Source: Anaeramoeba ignava BMAN
Lineage: Eukaryota; Protista; Anaeramoebae
Reading direction: 5' to 3'
Assembly (NCBI GenBank): GCA_028826165.1
Contig: JAPDFW010000061.1
Coordinates: 310,001-374,000, forward strand
Length of the DNA stretch: 64,000 bases
Shown: positions 27,101-40,700 of the stretch, one piece after another
How positions within the stretch are numbered: position 1 is the stretch's first letter
Layout of the letters: every line of letters begins with the position of its first letter
Position numbers and translations under genes: made by a program
The notes under the pieces: model-generated
What the model was told of the DNA's origin: nothing
The model's database searches: none
What the model saw: only the letters and a program-made list of their open reading frames with translations

Positions 27101-29260
27101 ATTATTCAGGTAAAAAATTTAATCCAAAAAAAATATTCAAAACAAAATATTCAAAACAAAAAATATTCAAAACAAAAAATATTCAAAACAAAAAATAATC
27201 CAAAAAAAATATTCAAAACAAATATTCAAAAAAAAATATTCAAAACAAAATATTCAAAACAAAATATTCAAAAAAAATATTCAAAACAAAATATTCTATT
27301 ATTTAGATTCACCTGAAAAACTTCAAGAATTTTTCCAAAAAACAATTTCTTTATTATCAAGTAAAGAACAAAGACTTGAAAATAGGATTATAACTGTAAA
27401 TAATCAAAAATCAAAAATAAATCAAAAATAAATAATAATAAATCAATAATAAATAATAAAAAATCAAAAATCAAAAATCAAAAATAAATAATAAAATATA
27501 GGCACTTGCAAATACCCATCCAGGAACTGCAAAAATCATGTTTTCCGAATTAAAATCTTATTTTAAAGCAATTTTTTCACAATCAGATAGTTCATTTACT
27601 AAAAAAAACAAAATTAAAATGGTTTCACAAGTTCTTCGTAAAATTTCAATATATTATTTTAATATAAAAATTTAAAACAAACAATATTCTTTTTTTTTTT
27701 TTTTCAAAATCAGAAATCACAAGATTATTTGTAGAAATTGCAGATCCAAAATTTTTCCAAGAAGATCAAGATTTACGTGAATCAATTCAAAATATTTTGC
27801 AAATTTCTCAAAAATATTTTGTTGCGACTCAAACAATGAATTTATCAATTCTTCTTTATGTCCGATATAATTTTATTCTTCTTGTTTATTATTTAAACAA
27901 TATTTTTATTAAAAACAATGAATCTTATGAACCAAAAATAAGAAAGGAATTATTTCTTTGTATAAAACCATTTACAGGAGTTGATTCTACAAGCGAATTA
28001 CCAAGTATAGATTCGTTTATTAGTGATGTTTTCAAAACAATTAAAGCAAACACAGAAAATCAACAAGAACTTAAAGAGATTTTAATTCAACAAATTGATT
28101 CCATTCATTATGCCTCATTAATGGTATAAAATTTGGAAACAAACAAAGAAAAGGAAATTGAATTCAAAATTAAAAATTTAATTAAATACAAAAACAAATA
28201 TAAAATAAAAAGGCCATTTCGTCACTATTTCAAGGAGAAATCTTTGATGAAGAAAGTTACAAAACAGATTCGCAAGCATTCGTTTTCATATTTGATTTAA
28301 TCAATTCTCAATCATCTCATTTATTTGCATCACAATTTACTATTAAAATTATTAAACTTTTTTTCAAAACTTATCCTTTAGATCATTTCGAGGAATTTTA
28401 TAGTCAGATTTATAGTATTGATGAAAACATTTCCACTTCAATTTCAATGGCTTTTGCGGAAGTTATGATTCAAGATCCAATTGAGATTGATCCAGCTTTA
28501 TTAATTAATATTATATTATTTAATTTAAGTAATTCAAGATCTCTTGTTAGACAATTAATGACTACACTTTTCTTTAAATTATCTGAGAAATTTGGTTCTC
28601 AATTTTTATATAATTCTCAAACATCGTTACAATTTATATCAAATACAGAGAAAATTGCTGAATTTCAAGTAATTTATTTTAATAGAAGAAAAGAAAAGAA
28701 AAGAATATTAAATAAATTTTTAAAACAAAAACAAAAACAAAAACAAAAACAAAAACAAAAACAAAAAAGAATTCAATTAGTGAATGGATTGCAAAAAAGA
28801 AATTTGATATTGTTTTTGATATTTTTAGACTTGCTTTTGAAAATATTGAAAGACTTAATAAACAACCAAGACATTCAGCAAAAGAAGAACTTTATGCAGA
28901 TGTAAAATATAATAATATAATATAATATAATAATATAATATAACAATATAATATAATTATAGAAAGCAAAACGATCCATTTTAAATTATCTTGCTCCTTG
29001 GGCAAAACAAATCCGTTATGATAAAGAGGATACGGATACTCTTGTTCCTTTTGCGAATGTACTTAATAAAATGTTTGAGCATACAATTGATGAACATGAA
29101 CAATTCTTTTCTTTATGGGAAAATCTTTGGAATGCAATTTGCTCAAATGATTTAAATTTATCTGCAGTTCTTGATTTCTTAATTATAACTGGAACTGTAT
29201 TAATTTTTAATTTAATACTCAATACAAATTATTTAAAATTATAAATTTTATCTATATCTC

Positions 29261-29313
<53 letters not shown>

Positions 29314-32300
29314 TTAATCAAAAATTAAGTCAAATGTGGATTATATCCAAATTCTCAAGAAAATTGTTTATTGGCTATCAAAAAGAAATGATGATTTAAA
29401 TGACCTTCTTTTCAATGAAATTGAACTTCATCCCAAAAAAAATAATCAAATCATACCATTTAATAAGTAAGAAAAAAAAGAATTTAAAATGGATTTTTTT
29501 TCACTTAACTCTTATAATTAATTATTATTTTGGAACAAAAAAAAAATTAAATCAATAAATTAATTAATCAAAGAATTCCAGATCAAAAAGAAGTAGAAGA
29601 ACCAAAAAAATTATCAAGATCAGTAACTTCTGTTTTTTTGAATAGAAAAGCACCCAATCTTTTATTTTCATTTGATATTGATGAAGAAAACGAAAAGAAA
29701 AAATTAAGTAGAAGACAAATTTCACTCATTTTCCTATGCGAATTAATCACACTTCATCATCAAAAATTCCGACAGAAACTTTCATTAATTTTGCATTCAA
29801 TTTTTATGGAACTTTGTTCAAAAACAAGTGTTTTGTTATATCACTCAAAATTAATTTTAGTTTATTTACTATCATTTATTGCAATGCCCAAAAAAATGGA
29901 TCAAGAAAATGAAAGAGGAAATCAAATACTCGGGTTGATTCAAGAAATCCAACGAGAAAATATGGAAATCAAAAAGGATGAGGATATTTCTCGCATTGTT
30001 CTTCTTGTTATTGAAATATTCCAAAAAGCAGGAATAAATATCCAATCTTTTTGGGCAGAAGAATCATTTCGATGGGCATCGCAAATTGAATTGTATTCTG
30101 TAAAACAAGAAGCACCTCTTTCACCAAGTTATTTCCATCGTTCACATCGTATTTATCGAGTTTTAATTACTCAAGTCCAACCTTTACAAATTACCCAAAT
30201 AATTGTTGCATTATTTCGTATGATGTCTTCATCATCAACAAGAGCCGGAAAGTTTATTAATGAAGCGATGAAAACAATTACTATTATGAGTTCTAAACTT
30301 CAATCTATTGAACAAAATCCTCAGATGTTTTGGTCGAGTCTTGGATTGTTGAAAACATCATCAAGTACTGTTTTTAGTGATGGAATTTTAATTTTGGAAA
30401 ATTTATTGAAAACAGGAACTCTTAATAAGCAAGCAATTAATACAATCACGGAATATAAGCCAAAAAATTGGTAAATAACTTAAAATTTAAAATTTAAAAT
30501 TATTTATAAAATTAAAAAAAAAAAAAAGGGGAACAAAAATACTCTTAGAAACACAAAATCTTGTTTTGAATGGATTCAATTTCCCAGAAGTTAATGAAAA
30601 AATTTTCTCTGTTCTTTCTCTTTTTAATCATGTCATTTTTTTGGATATTGTTGAAAATTCACAAACTTTTTTTGTTTCGAATACTTGTGGTTTATTGCCT
30701 TGGTTTTATAAAAATTTGATGGAAACAGATGAAAGAAAATCAATTTGGTCACAAGAAATTTCAGAAATTGCTCAAAAATTTGGATTTGGTTCAATTTCAA
30801 AAGTATTTCAGAAATATTCTAATAATGAATATTTACGTCAAGAATTCTTTCTTTCAGAAATTACTCAATCATTTGGAACTTTTTTCTTACCAAATTTTGG
30901 ATCGCAAATATTCACACTTTATTTGAATGCAATCCGTGAAAAAAATGATTATTGGGAAGAAATATTATTAATGATTTATCATTTAATGGCAAAGATGGAA
31001 ATTTCAAAATTGGAAATAAATCCTTATTTATTTCTGAATTTAACAAAATTTATCAACACAAAACAAAGAAAATTAATTGTGAAAATTCTAGATAAATCAT
31101 TTGGAAAAGATTCACTTGGAGATGAATTATCTTTAGAAGAAATTATGCCAAACGATGAAAAGGATGATTCAAAATCTGATGGAAAAACACTTTCTGAATT
31201 TTATGAAATTTTAAAGCAAATCACAAATATAAAATCAGACATTTCCGAACTTGATCTTACAGAAAGTGAACGTTCATTTACTGAAGAAATTCATATTAAA
31301 AAGAAAAAGGAGATTCAAATTAATACAATGGAAAATTCTGCTAATTTTGGAGAAGATGAATGGGAAGATCTTAATTCAGGTTTAACTCCAAAATCAAATG
31401 AAGATCAAGTTGAAAAAACATTTAGTCAAAAATCAATTTCGAATTCAAATTCAAAACCAATTTCAAGATCAAATTCAAAGTCTAATTCAAATTCAAAATC
31501 AAATATACCAAAGAAAAGAGTTTCTATTATTGCACCTGATTCAAGTGAATCAAGTGATGAAAATGATTCGAGCGAATCAACTGATAAAAATGATTCAAGT
31601 AATTCAAGTAATTCAAGTGAATCAAGTGATGAAAATGATTCGAGTGAAAAAGAAGAGAAAGATAAAAAAGAAGAGAACAAAAAAGAAGAAAAAGAAAAAA
31701 AAGAAGAAAAAGATAGAATTTTAAAAGAAGAACAAGATAAAAAAGAAGAACAAGATAGGATTTTAAAAGAAGAAAAAGATAAAAAAGAAGAACAAGATAG
31801 AATTTTAAAAGAAGAAAAAGATAAAAAAGAGAAAGAAGAGAAAGATAGAATTTTAAAAGAAGAAAAAGATAAAAAAGAAGAAAAAGATAAAAAAGAAAAA
31901 GAGGAAAGAGAAAGAATTTTAAAAGAAGAAAAAGATAAAAAAGAGAAAGAAGAGCAAGATAGGATTTTAAAAGAAGAAAAAGATAAAAAAGAAAAAGAGG
32001 AAAGAGATAGAATTTTAAAAGATGAAAAAGATAAAAAAGAGAAAGAGGAAAAAGATAGAAAAAAGAAAAAAGAAGAAAAGATAAAAAAGAAAAGAAGAAA
32101 AAGATAGGAAAGATCTAAAAGGATTTTAAAAGAAGAAAAAGATAAAAAAGAGAAAGAAGAACAAGATAGGATTTTAAAAGAAGAAAAAGATAAAAAAGAG
32201 AAAGAAGAAAGAGATAGGATTTTAAAAGAAGAAAAAGATAAAAAAGAAAAAGAAGAAAGAGAAAGAATTTTAAAAGAAGAAAAAGATAAAAAAGAGAAAG

Positions 32301-33496
32301 AAGAAAGAGAAAGAATTTTAAGAGAAAAAACTGAAAGAATTTTAAGAGAAGAAAAAGAAAGGAAAGAGAGAGAAGAAAGAGAAAGAAAAGAAAAAGAAGA
32401 AAGAGAAGAAAAAGAAAGGAAAGAAAGAGAGGAAAGAGAAGAAAGAGAAAGAATTCTAAGAGAAAAAACTGAAAGAATTTTAAAAGAAGAAAGAGAAAGG
32501 AAAGAAAGAGAAGAAAGAGAAAGAAAAGAGAAAGAAAAAGAACAACTTAAAAATCAAGAAATTGAAGAATTTGATGTTGAGGATATAAAACGGAAAGAAA
32601 AAGATGAAAAAGAACTTGAAACAATTATTGACTCAATTTCAATGGATATGATTGATCTTGAAATTAAATCTTGGATCAAAGAACGAGAAATGCAAAAAAG
32701 AAAAAATGAAAGAAAAAGCAAATTCCGAAATATTAATGCACATTTAAAATCATTGGATCGACAATGGAAAAGAGAAAACAAAATCAAAATGGATGATGAT
32801 CCAATGAAGAATTTGAAAATAATCAATTCAGCATCACTTTTAATGGATGGATTGATTAGTTTATATTCAGATTTGTGGGAAAAGGCAAAAAATATAATTC
32901 AATCACAAAAAGAAATTGGATGGATTAATAATATTTATTTCGATACAAACTTTTATGAAGAGCTTTCTTATAAACCTTTTTTTGATAATGAAATGTCGGA
33001 AACATTTTTGAAAATTAAATCAATTTCAAATCAACAAGTCGATCAAAAATCAAAATTGGAAGTTTTCCTTCAAAACAAAGAGAAAAATGTTCAAAAATTT
33101 TCTTTTAATTATGATAAGCTTATGAAAATCCAACCAAAATTAGAAAAACAAATCAACATTGTTTCAAATTTACAAATAACAGGAGAAAAAAGAGAAAAAT
33201 ACGAAAATCATCTTAATTTCCTTGTTTATGATTTTCAAGCATCACTTTTTGATCTTTTTAAATCATTTTTCCTTTTAAAACATGATGCTAATCAATATTT
33301 ATCTCTTGTAAAAATGAATATTTTTATTTATATTTTTAAATTTATATTTATATTTATATTTATATTTATTTTTATTTAGGAAGATGAAATTAATTTGAAT
33401 GAATTTAATGAAGAAACTGAAAGAATTGCTCTTCAATTGACTATTCTTTATTATTTAAATTTGAAAAACAAAAAATTGATTGAAACAAAGAAATGA
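24131..33496 (+). CDS. FRY: Furry/TAO3/Mor2 cell-morphogenesis protein, multi-exon, with an E/K/R-rich coiled-coil insert (garbled near 32060-32120)
   Basis: Spliced motifs LESLSILAKH..LLEW, ERK|FFVNCIF, LRILQNCIRCIPEILP, AISSLFQGEIFD, FWAEESFRWAS..RSHRIYRVL and QMFWSSLGLL match the MOR2-PAG1 N/mid/C regions. Introns include 24236-24346, 24538-24640 and 24690-24761. Last exon 33380-33496. Confidence 0.82.
31650..32545 (+). repeat. Coding tandem repeat (DRILKEEKDKKEKEE-like), purine-rich
   Basis: Repeated gatag(a/g)attttaaaagaagaaaaagataaaaaaga units within the Furry CDS. Confidence 0.85.
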
Positions 33497-33801
33497 TTTT
33501 TTTTTAAATTCATTTCCAAATTTAATTTCAGAACAAATCAAATCAAATCAAATCAAGAAAAAATTTGAATAATTTTTGAGTGAAATAATCAAATTCAAAA
33601 ACAAAAGGATTTTATTGAAAAAATCCAAAAATGAATTCAAAATTTTTATTTAAAACAAAAAGAAAAATTATTCATTCTCTTTCTTTTCTTTTCTTTCTTC
33701 CAAATAAAATCCTTTTCACATCATTTTTAAAAAATTTTAAAATGTAAATTTCAAAATTGAAAAGAATTTGAAACAAAAAAGAAAAATAACAACAATTTAA
33801 T

Positions 33802-36325
33802 TTATAATTCTTTTTCTTCTGAATCTGAAATAATATTTTCATTTTGATTTGTTTCAGAAATAATTGGAGAAGTAATTCTTATTGATAAAGTATTTCTTTT
33901 TTTAGATTTTTTCATAGTTGATTTAAGAATTTGAAGAAAACTAACAGTTTCTTCTTTTGTATTTGTTCGTAAAGAAAGAACTTTATTTTTTTTTTCCAAA
34001 TTTTCATCATTTAAAAAATTTGTAGAAAAATTTAATTTAAAAGATTTATTTCCTTCTTTCCATTTAATTGAAACTTGATGTAAAGAAACTTGTTTTGTTG
34101 GAAGAATATCCTAAAAAAACATTTTCAAATAAAAAATTAAGAACAAAATTAAGAATAAAATTAAGAACAAAATTAATTTTTTTTTTGTTTTCTTAATTTC
34201 AAACATTTTCTGAATTATATAAATAAAGTTGGTCATATTGAATAATTGTCCATCTTTTTTTCCAATTAAATCTATTTCTTTTTGCCATTTTATAAATAAA
34301 ACCTTTAAAAGTTGGATTTTTTAATGATTGATAAGGAGGAAGATAAAAAGGACTTAAAAATAATGAAAGAGTTGCATCTTTTTCAAGACCTGGTGTTGCA
34401 ATTATATTTTGAATAAATCTTTATAAATAAATAATTAATTAATTTTTCTTTATAAATTCATAATTTATTTTGTTAATTTTTTTTAAAAGAAATACTCTTG
34501 AAGTAATTCTCTTCTTTGAGAAACAAAGTTTGCTTTTTTATTACCAATAAATTTTTTTGGAGGTAAAGCAAAATCATGATATGGATAATTTATTTTTAAC
34601 TACAAAATAATTTTATTATTAAAATTATTATTAAAATTATTATTAAAATTGTTATTAAAATTATTATTAAAATTATTATTAAAATTAATTATAAAATTAT
34701 TTATAAAATTATTTATAAAATTATTATTAAAATTATTTATTAAATTATTATTAAAATTATTTATTAAAATTATATATAAAATTGTTTATAAAATTAATAA
34801 TAAAATTATTTATAAAATTATTTATAAAATTATTTATAAAATTGTTTATAAAATTATTTATAAAATTATTTATAAAATTGTTTATAAAATTAATAATAAA
34901 ATTATTTATAAAATTATTTATAAAATTGTTTATAAAAATTATTTATAAAATTATTATTAAAATTATATATAAAATTATTTATTAAAATTATTATTAAAAT
35001 TATTTATAAAATTGTTATTAAAATTATTTATAAAATTATTTATAAAATTATTTATAAAATTATTTATAAAATTATTTATTAAAATTATTATTAAAAATTA
35101 TTTATTAAATTATTTATAAAATTAATTATAAAATTATTTATAAAATTAATTATAAAATTAATTATAAAATTATTATTAAAATTATTTATTAAATTATTTA
35201 TAAAATTATTTATAAAATTATTTATAAAATTAATTATAAAATTAATTATAAAATTATATATAAAATTAATTATAAAATTAATATAAAATTGTTTATAAAA
35301 TTATTATTAAAATTATTAATAAAATTATTTATAAAATTATTTATAAAATTATTTATAAAATTATTTATAAAATTATTTATTAAATTATTTATTAAAATTA
35401 TTATTAAAATTATTTATTAAAATTATTGATAAAATTATTATTAAATTATTATTAAATTTATTTATAAAATTATTATTAAAATTATTAAAAAAAATTATTT
35501 TATAAAATTATTTAAAATTATTTATAAAATTATTATTAAAATTATTTATTAAAATTATTTATAAAATTATATATAAAATTATATAAAATTATATATAAAA
35601 TTATTTATAAAAATTATTTATTAAAATTATTTATATAAAATTAAATATAAAATTATTTATAAAATTATTATTAAAATTATTTTATAAAATTATATATAAA
35701 ATTATTTATATAAAATTATTCATTAAAATTATTTATAAAATTATTTATAAAATTAATTATAAAATTAATTATAAAATTATTTATAAAATTAATTATAAAA
35801 TTAATTATAAAATTGTTTATAAAATTATTATTAAAATTATTTATAAAATTATTATAAAATTATTTATAAAATTATTTATAAAATTATTATTAAATTTATT
35901 AAAATTATTTATAAAATTATTATTAAAATTATTTATAAAATTAATTATTAAATTGATTTGTTGATTCTATAATTAATAATTTTTTGAATACTTCTTTATT
36001 CAATTCAAAAAATTGAGAATATCTTCTAAATAAAGTCCATTCTTCAGTTCCATTAGAAATCTTTAATTCAAAAGCCTTTGATTTTAAATATTTTAAATAT
36101 TTTAAATAAAAGTAAATTTTTTTTTAATAAAGATTTTTGATAATATAAATAAAATAAATTTAAATTCTGCACATAATATTTGCGAGTTCTTGTTGTAACT
36201 TGAACATGTGATGGGATAGAAACCCTTATTTTATGTAAAGAAATATCAACTAAATAAGAAATATTCTTATATATTTCTTGTTTTTTTTCTTTTTCTTTTT
36301 GTTTTTTTTGTTTTGTTTTTTTCAT
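33802..36325 (-). CDS. PX-PH domain protein (sorting-nexin-like), 5 exons
   Basis: Spliced: KYY|AFELKISNGTEEWTLFRRYSQFFELNKE|LKINYP..LPPKKFIGN..FVSQRRELLQ (PX), then FKGFIYK..KKRWTIIQ..LYLY..VLSLRTNTKEETVSFLQIL (PH). Introns include 36172-36076 and 35991-34600. Confidence 0.85.
34610..35955. repeat. Almost pure A/T minisatellite (ttataaaattat, about 12 bp) inside the 1.4-kb PX-PH intron
   Basis: Tandem tttataaaatta / ttattaaaatta units; G and C almost absent. Confidence 0.9.
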
Positions 36326-36647
36326 CAAAAAATAAGGAAAAAAGAAAAAAAAAGAAAAAATAGATTTGTTTTTATTGTATTTTTTGAATTATTTTGTTGT
36401 ATTCTTTTGTTTTTTGTGTTATTTTATTTTTGAAATAAAGATTAAAATAAAATAGAAAAGAAAATTAAAAGGAAAAAAAAAATGAAAAAAAAATTTTAAT
36501 TAGTAATTTTTATTTTTAATTATTTTTTTTAATTTTAAATAAAAAAAGTTTTTTTTTTCTTTTTTAATTTTTTTTTATTTTCATTTTTCTTCCTCATTTT
36601 TTTTTTTGCTTTTTCTATTCTATAAAAAAAAAAAATAAAATTAAAAT

Positions 36648-37087
36648 ATGCTTCAACCCAGTTTGTTTTTTAATTTTCAATTAACGAAATTTATAAAAAA
36701 AAAAAACAATAAAAACAAAATGAATTAAAAAATTTTTCAATTAAAAAAAAATAAAAAATTTTAATTTAAAAAAAAAAAATCAGATTTATTTATACTTCCT
36801 ATTGTTCTCTGCTTTATAATCTGGACTGTTGCTTTCTTTAGTCTTCGAATTACAACTAAAGTTCGTTTTAGTCCACTTGAATTAATATATATAGGATTTT
36901 GTTATTTTGGTGTTCTCTTGTTTTTTTGGATTGTATTTATTATATTTTTATCTTTTATAAATGAACTCTATAAATTTTCTTCTTTAATTTTAATTTACTT
37001 ATTTTTTAATTTATTTACTTTTTTTATTAGTTATTTTTGAATGTTTGCAGATATTTAAAATCTCATCGTCCTTTAATTTTTGCATAA
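36648..37087 (+). CDS. Small two-TM protein (72 aa), probable V-ATPase V0 subunit e (Vma9/ATP6V0E-like); exons 36648-36660, 36784-36932, 37031-37087
   Basis: Two in-phase GT-AG introns give MLQPNLFILPIVLCFIIWTVAFFSLRITTKVRFSPLELIYIGFCYFGVLLFFWILFLNVCRYLKSHRPLIFA. Size, two hydrophobic helices and the YL...PLI ending resemble subunit e. Absent from the ORF track. Confidence 0.6.
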
Positions 37088-37260
37088 AAAGAATCTCAAT
37101 TAATTGTGATTAAAGCATATTTTTTTTTTCTTTTTTTTTCTCCTTTCGATTTTTAATGGTTATTTTAATAATTTCTTTTTTTTTTTTTAATAAAAAATGT
37201 CTAATTAAAAAATTTTTTTCATTTTTTTCTTTTCATTTTTTTATAATTTAAAAAATAAAA

Positions 37261-37767
37261 ATGAATTCTAAATCAAAATCAAATTCTAAATCAAAATCAA
37301 ATTCTAAATCAAATTCTAATTCTAAATCAAATTCTAAATCTAAATCAAATTCTAAATCAAAATTAAATTCAAAATCAAAATCAAAATCAAAATCAAAATT
37401 AAATTCTAAATTAAATTCTAAATCAAATTCTAAATCAAATTCTAAATCAAATTCTAAATCAAATTCTAAATCAAATTCTAAATCAAATTCTAAATCAAAA
37501 TCAAAATTAAATTCAAAATCAAATTCTAAATCAAAATCAAATTCTAAATCAAATTCTAAATCAAATTCTAAATCAAAATTAAATTCTAAATCAAATTCTA
37601 AATCAAAATCAAAATTAAATTCTAAATTAAAATCAAAATCAAAATCTAAATCAAATTCTAAATCAAAATCTAAATCAAATTCAAAATTAAATTCTAAATT
37701 AAAATCAAATTCTAAATTAAAATCAAATTCTAAATCAAAATTAAATTCCAAATTAAAATCAAATTCA
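37261..37767 (+). repeat. aaatcaaattct 12-mer repeat, probably encoding the (SKSN)n N-terminus of the RAD5-like gene
   Basis: ATG at 37261 follows a TCATTT motif; the frame is open to donor GT 37779, which splices in phase to 37914. Confidence 0.6.
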
Positions 37768-40700
37768 AAAGAAAGAAAGTAATCATTCTAATTTTTAAAT
37801 TTTAAACAAAATTCACTTATCAAATTAACAAACTGAAATTCTTTTATTTCTTCTTCTTCTTCCATTTTTGTGGAATTTAAAATTAAAATTAAATTTAAAA
37901 TTAAAAAAAAAAGCAAAAAAAATAATTCGGATGTCGAAAAAATTATAATGAATCCTGAAATTAACATTAATAATGAATGGCCTAAGAGTATTGGTACAAT
38001 AACTGCATCCTTAACCTCAATATCTTCCAATTCGCAGATTAAGCATCTGGGTTTTTTAGAAACAGATAAAGTTATTTTGGAAAGAATTCCCAATAAAAAA
38101 AATAAAATAATTAAAGTTAAAAAACCAAATAAAACAAGAGCTTTTGGCAAAATTGATGAACAAACAAGCTCAATTCTTGCATCTTTAATTGATTCTAATC
38201 AAATTTTATTATCAGCAAGGATTAAAGTTGATCAAGATAATGAAAATGGAAATCCAACTAATCTTCAATTAGAAATTTTTGTTTTTGAACCTTTTTTTGA
38301 TAAGTTAAAAGAGATGAATCAAAATCAAAATGAAAATCAAAATGAAAATCAAAATGAAAATCAAAATGAAAATGGAAATCAAAATGAAAATGAAATTAAA
38401 AATCAAAATCAAAATGAAAATGAAAATGAAAATGGAAATGAAAATGAAATGAAGCAATTAATAGAATTAATTCTAAAAGAAAATCCAAACCAAAAATTTG
38501 CTTTTGAAAATAATTTAAAAAATGAAAATAATTTAAAAAATGAAAATAATTTAAAAAATGAAAATAATTTAAAAAATGAAGATGATTTTCATTTTAAACA
38601 TTTAGAAATAGAAAAAATTTAAAAATGAAAATAATTTAAAATAAAAATATTATTCAAAATTCAAATAAAAATATTATTCAAAATTCAAATAAAAATATTA
38701 TTCAAAATTCAAATAAAAATATTATTCAAAATTCAAATAAAAATATTATTCAAAATTCAAACAAAAATATTCAAAATTCAAATAAAAATATTATTCAAAA
38801 TTCAAATAAAAATATTCAAAATTCAAAATTAGAATTTAACTTTGAAGAAATAATGAATAATTTAACATTGGAAGATTTAAAATTGGAAAAGAAAAAGCAA
38901 GATTTAAACAAACAAGATTTAAAAAACCAAAAATTAAACAAAGAACCAAATTCCAAAAATAGACAAAATTTAAACAAACAAGATTTAAAAAATAAACAAA
39001 ATTTCAAAATCAAAGATTTACAATTTGATGATGGAATTGAATTAATGGATACAAATGATAAAATTTCAGATCTTTTATTTGTTTCAAAAGGTGATAATCT
39101 TCAAGAAACAGAACCATCAAATAATTTTCAAGGAGAACTTAAATCATACCAAAAGCAAGGATTAACATGGCTTATTGCGAGAGAGAAAAAAAATTTCCCA
39201 GATGTTAGTATGATTTTACATCCACTTTATCAAACTAGATCATTTAAATCAGGTGAACCTTTTTGGTATAATCCTTTGACTCAAGGTATGACAACAAAAT
39301 TTCCTTCTGCTCCTGAATGGCCACAAGGAGGTATTTTAGCTGATGATCAAGGTCTTGGTAGGATTTTAAATTAAAATCAATTTATAAAAATTAAAATCAA
39401 ATTATAAAAATGAAAATGAATTTATAAAATTTTGGAAAATGAATTGATTTAAATTAAATTTAAAATTAAAAAGGAAAAACTGTTCAAATGCTTGCTTTAA
39501 TAGGAAGTGCTGATACATCTTCTTCCTTAACTAATTTATCTCCTCAAAATTTAATTAAAGGAGAAACAACACTAGTAATTGCACCTTTAAATTTACTTGA
39601 ACAGTGGAAAAGTGAAACAGAAAAATTTCTTGATAATTCCAAATTCAAACCTTATATCTATCATGGAGAAAAAAGAATTCGAGATCCAAAACTTTTGGTT
39701 TCGAAATTTCAAATTATTTTAACAACATATGGAACTATTTCTACTGAATTTCGTGCATTAAAAGAACAAGAAGCAAAAAAGCAAAAAACACTTGAACAAA
39801 GTTTTGAAGATCAAAAAAAGAAAAATACAAAGAAAAAAAAAAGAAATTCAACAACCAAAGGAAGTGAGAAAATAGAAAAAAAGAAAAAACAAAGGAAAAA
39901 AAAGGAAAATCCACCAACTTTACATCAAATTTATTGGCGAAGAATTATACTTGATGAAGGATCCACAATTAAGAATCATCAAACATTAGCAGCAAAATCG
40001 ATTTTTGGACTTCAAAGTGAAAGAAGATGGATTCTAACTGGAACACCAATATCAAATACAATAGACGATCTTTTTTCTTTGTTCCACTTTTTGAATTTGG
40101 AACCTTTTAATCAACTCAGAATTTGGAATTATTTCATTTCACCAAAAGGATCAGCAAAAAATAAAGGAAAAAAAAGCAAACAAGAAGAAGAGGAAATATT
40201 AAAAAGAAAGAAACAAGCATTTGAAAGACTAAGAGTTATTTTGTCTGTTATGATGTTGAGAAGAACAAAAGAAACCCAAATTAATGGGAAAAAAGTTATT
40301 CAATTACCTAAAAAAGATGTTGAAATTGTGAAGGTTGTATTAAGTAAAGAAGAAAGAGAGTTTTATGATGCTTTGGAATCACATTCAGTTGCATATTTTC
40401 AATCTTATGAACACAATGCAGAAAGAACTGATATTTTGACACTTATTTTAAGAATGAGACAATCTTGTGATCATCCATTTCTAGTTTTAAAATCAATAGA
40501 GAAGCCAATCAATGAAGAATCAAGAAAGTTAGAAAAAACACTTCTTGGATTAGTAAAAGATGATTTAAATGATTTAAATGAATCAAATGAATCAAATGAA
40601 TCAAATGAAAATTTAGAAAATGATTTAAATGAAAATTTAGAAATGGATTTAAATGAATATTCTGATGAAATAATTGATTTAAATGAAGATTTAGAAAATG

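Noticed and set aside
32041-32125. End of the Furry gene at TAG 32107
   Set aside because: The same repeat resumes immediately and runs into ORF 32642; probably a local consensus error.
34106-34117. Second ATATCCTAAAAA U12-like donor
   Set aside because: It is the reverse complement of the PX-PH acceptor tttttag|gatat, with no branch motif and no plus-strand gene. It shows the donor motif alone can arise by chance.
38581-38850. Intron or split gene in the RAD5-like locus
   Set aside because: No GT donor at the break; the 24-bp repeat reads NKNIIQNS in frame with the downstream ORF, so this is probably garbled coding repeat.
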